This document shows positions 35,743-37,105 of a stretch of DNA of 37,105 bases, piece after piece (position 1 is the first letter of the stretch; each line of letters starts with the position of its first letter). The position numbers and the translations under genes were made by a program. The notes beneath the pieces are model-generated. The model saw nothing but the letters and a program-made list of their open reading frames with translations, had not been told where the DNA came from and did not search any database. Source of the DNA: Pyrobaculum sp. (GTDB taxonomy: Archaea; Thermoproteota; Thermoprotei; Thermoproteales; Thermoproteaceae); contig JBKBOT010000014.1 of the NCBI GenBank assembly GCA_046293555.1, positions 1-37,105 on the forward strand, read 5' to 3'.

Positions 35743-36354
35743 ATGAGGCGGCTGCTTGACCTGGCGGAGGAGAAAATCACCCAGCTGCTGAGAGAGGCTA
35801 GAGACCACGCGGTAAGAGCCCTGGAGCTATCTATAGAGGTCTATAAAAACAGCCCTAAGTCCGGCGAGATAATGGCCCTCGCCTCCAGGCTACATGACAT
35901 CCACCACGAGGTCACAGAGCTGGCAATGGAGGCCGTGGCTAGGTTCAACCCAGTGGCGTCAGACTTAAGGTTCTTGCGGGGAGCTCTCTTCGTCTCGTAT
36001 GACCTCTACCGCGTGGCCAGATATGCATACGACGTCGCCGTGGTGGTAGAGAGGCTGGGGGGCGGCTGTACATCGCAGAGAGTAGGAGAAGTGGGCAGCG
36101 TGGTGATAAAAATGGTGTCCACGGCGGTAGATATGTTCCTCACGCGGGATATCTCCAGAGTGGAGGAGCTAGACAGGCTAGACGACGTGGTGGATAAGAC
36201 CTATGAGGAGGCCCTTGGGGAGGTGTTGAAGGGGCCGGATAGATGTGGCGTCATTGAGACCATGGCCTTGAGGCTTTTCGAGAGGGCGTCAGACCACGCG
36301 GTGTATATTGGAAACCATACCTACTACCTAGCCACCGGCTTATTGCGGAGGTAG
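35743..36354 (+). CDS. phoU: Phosphate transport accessory protein PhoU
   Basis: ARFNPVASDLR, DDVVD and ERASDHA motifs. Confidence 0.92.
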   Translation: MRRLLDLAEEKITQLLREARDHAVRALELSIEVYKNSPKSGEIMALASRLHDIHHEVTELAMEAVARFNPVASDLRFLRGALFVSYDLYRVARYAYDVAVVVERLGGGCTSQRVGEVGSVVIKMVSTAVDMFLTRDISRVEELDRLDDVVDKTYEEALGEVLKGPDRCGVIETMALRLFERASDHAVYIGNHTYYLATGLLRR

Positions 36355-37104
36355 TTTGTCACACGCCGCGCCGCGTGTTAGACAGAGGTACTTATAGAGG
36401 TTTTCCGAAATCTTCCTCTCCCTAAATTTCAGCAGCCTCTTTAACGCCTCGGACTTCACCTCCCTCCAGTCTCTATCGAGGGGGGCCCGCAGCTTGATGC
36501 GAATAATTACGTAATCCTTATCGCTCTGTTCTGTGTAGTCTATAGCCACTACGTCAAAGCCCGTCAGCTCTCTAGCTATCTCCTCTTGTAGCGTGTCTAT
36601 AGAGATGACAGAAAGCGGCAGCTCCAACCTGAGGTAAACTATCTGCCTTTCGCTCCACTGGGGGGTGTAGTCCACCACGCCTGAGTTTAACAACACCATG
36701 TTGGGCACCCTTAGCTCATACCCCGTGTCCAGCAGGACGGTGGAGTAAAAAAGGCCCACCTCTACCACCCTCCCCTTGTAGCCAGGCGCTATGTAGTCAG
36801 GCGAGAAGTACTTATAGGCCGGCAAAAAGGCCCACTGGTAGGGCAGCTGGGATGCCACTAGCCTCACGGTGTCTCCCACTGTGACGAACCTCGTCGCCAG
36901 GATCAGCAGCCCGGCGAACATGTTGCCCAACACTGGCTGTAGGGCGAGACCTAAGATCAAACCCGTGGCAGTGCCTCCCAACACCGCCAGCTCTGGCCCA
37001 ACTCCAGACATCACCAACGCGACGAGGAGGACAAAGAGGACGCCCACGAGTTTTATCACGTTGCCCACCGCGTAAGCCCTCTGGCCTATCGTAGGCCTCA
37101 GGTG
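36340..37104 (-). CDS. MscS-family mechanosensitive channel, 5'-truncated by the window edge
   Basis: GLALQPVLGNMFAG, F..GD.V, GRVVEVGLFYST and VPN motifs; frame open to the window end. Confidence 0.88.
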   Translation of the reverse strand, partial: HLRPTIGQRAYAVGNVIKLVGVLFVLLVALVMSGVGPELAVLGGTATGLILGLALQPVLGNMFAGLLILATRFVTVGDTVRLVASQLPYQWAFLPAYKYFSPDYIAPGYKGRVVEVGLFYSTVLLDTGYELRVPNMVLLNSGVVDYTPQWSERQIVYLRLELPLSVISIDTLQEEIARELTGFDVVAIDYTEQSDKDYVIIRIKLRAPLDRDWREVKSEALKRLLKFRERKISENLYKYLCLTRGAACDKLPPQ

Positions 37105-37105
37105 G

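Overview
Gene-dense, GC-rich archaeal chromosome segment, most consistent with Thermoproteaceae (Pyrobaculum-like). This is inferred from leaderless genes with TATA boxes about 25-28 nt upstream of the start codon, a non-canonical tRNA intron, C/D sRNAs abutting stop codons and the archaeal PoK/PPS pathway. It is mostly core metabolism: nitrilase, thiolase, a MetE-like enzyme, Trm10, aconitase, AdoMet decarboxylase, hexulose-phosphate isomerase, UbiX, nucleoside phosphorylase, M42 peptidase, PheS, NMN adenylyltransferase, a W/Mo ABC transporter, a four-gene pantothenate cluster, tRNA-Tyr, pstSCAB-phoU with a divergent AbrB-PhoU regulator, and MscS. No CRISPR array, integrase or transposase was seen. 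The most notable items missing from the ORF track are: a 27-aa Glu/Trp microprotein gene with its own TATA box and terminator; a candidate archaeal Pho box (CATATGAA) exactly 40 nt upstream of both pstS and pstB; two C/D-box guide RNAs; and a structured orphan element between convergent genes at about 24.7 kb. All calls come from motif reading by eye; no database searches were run.
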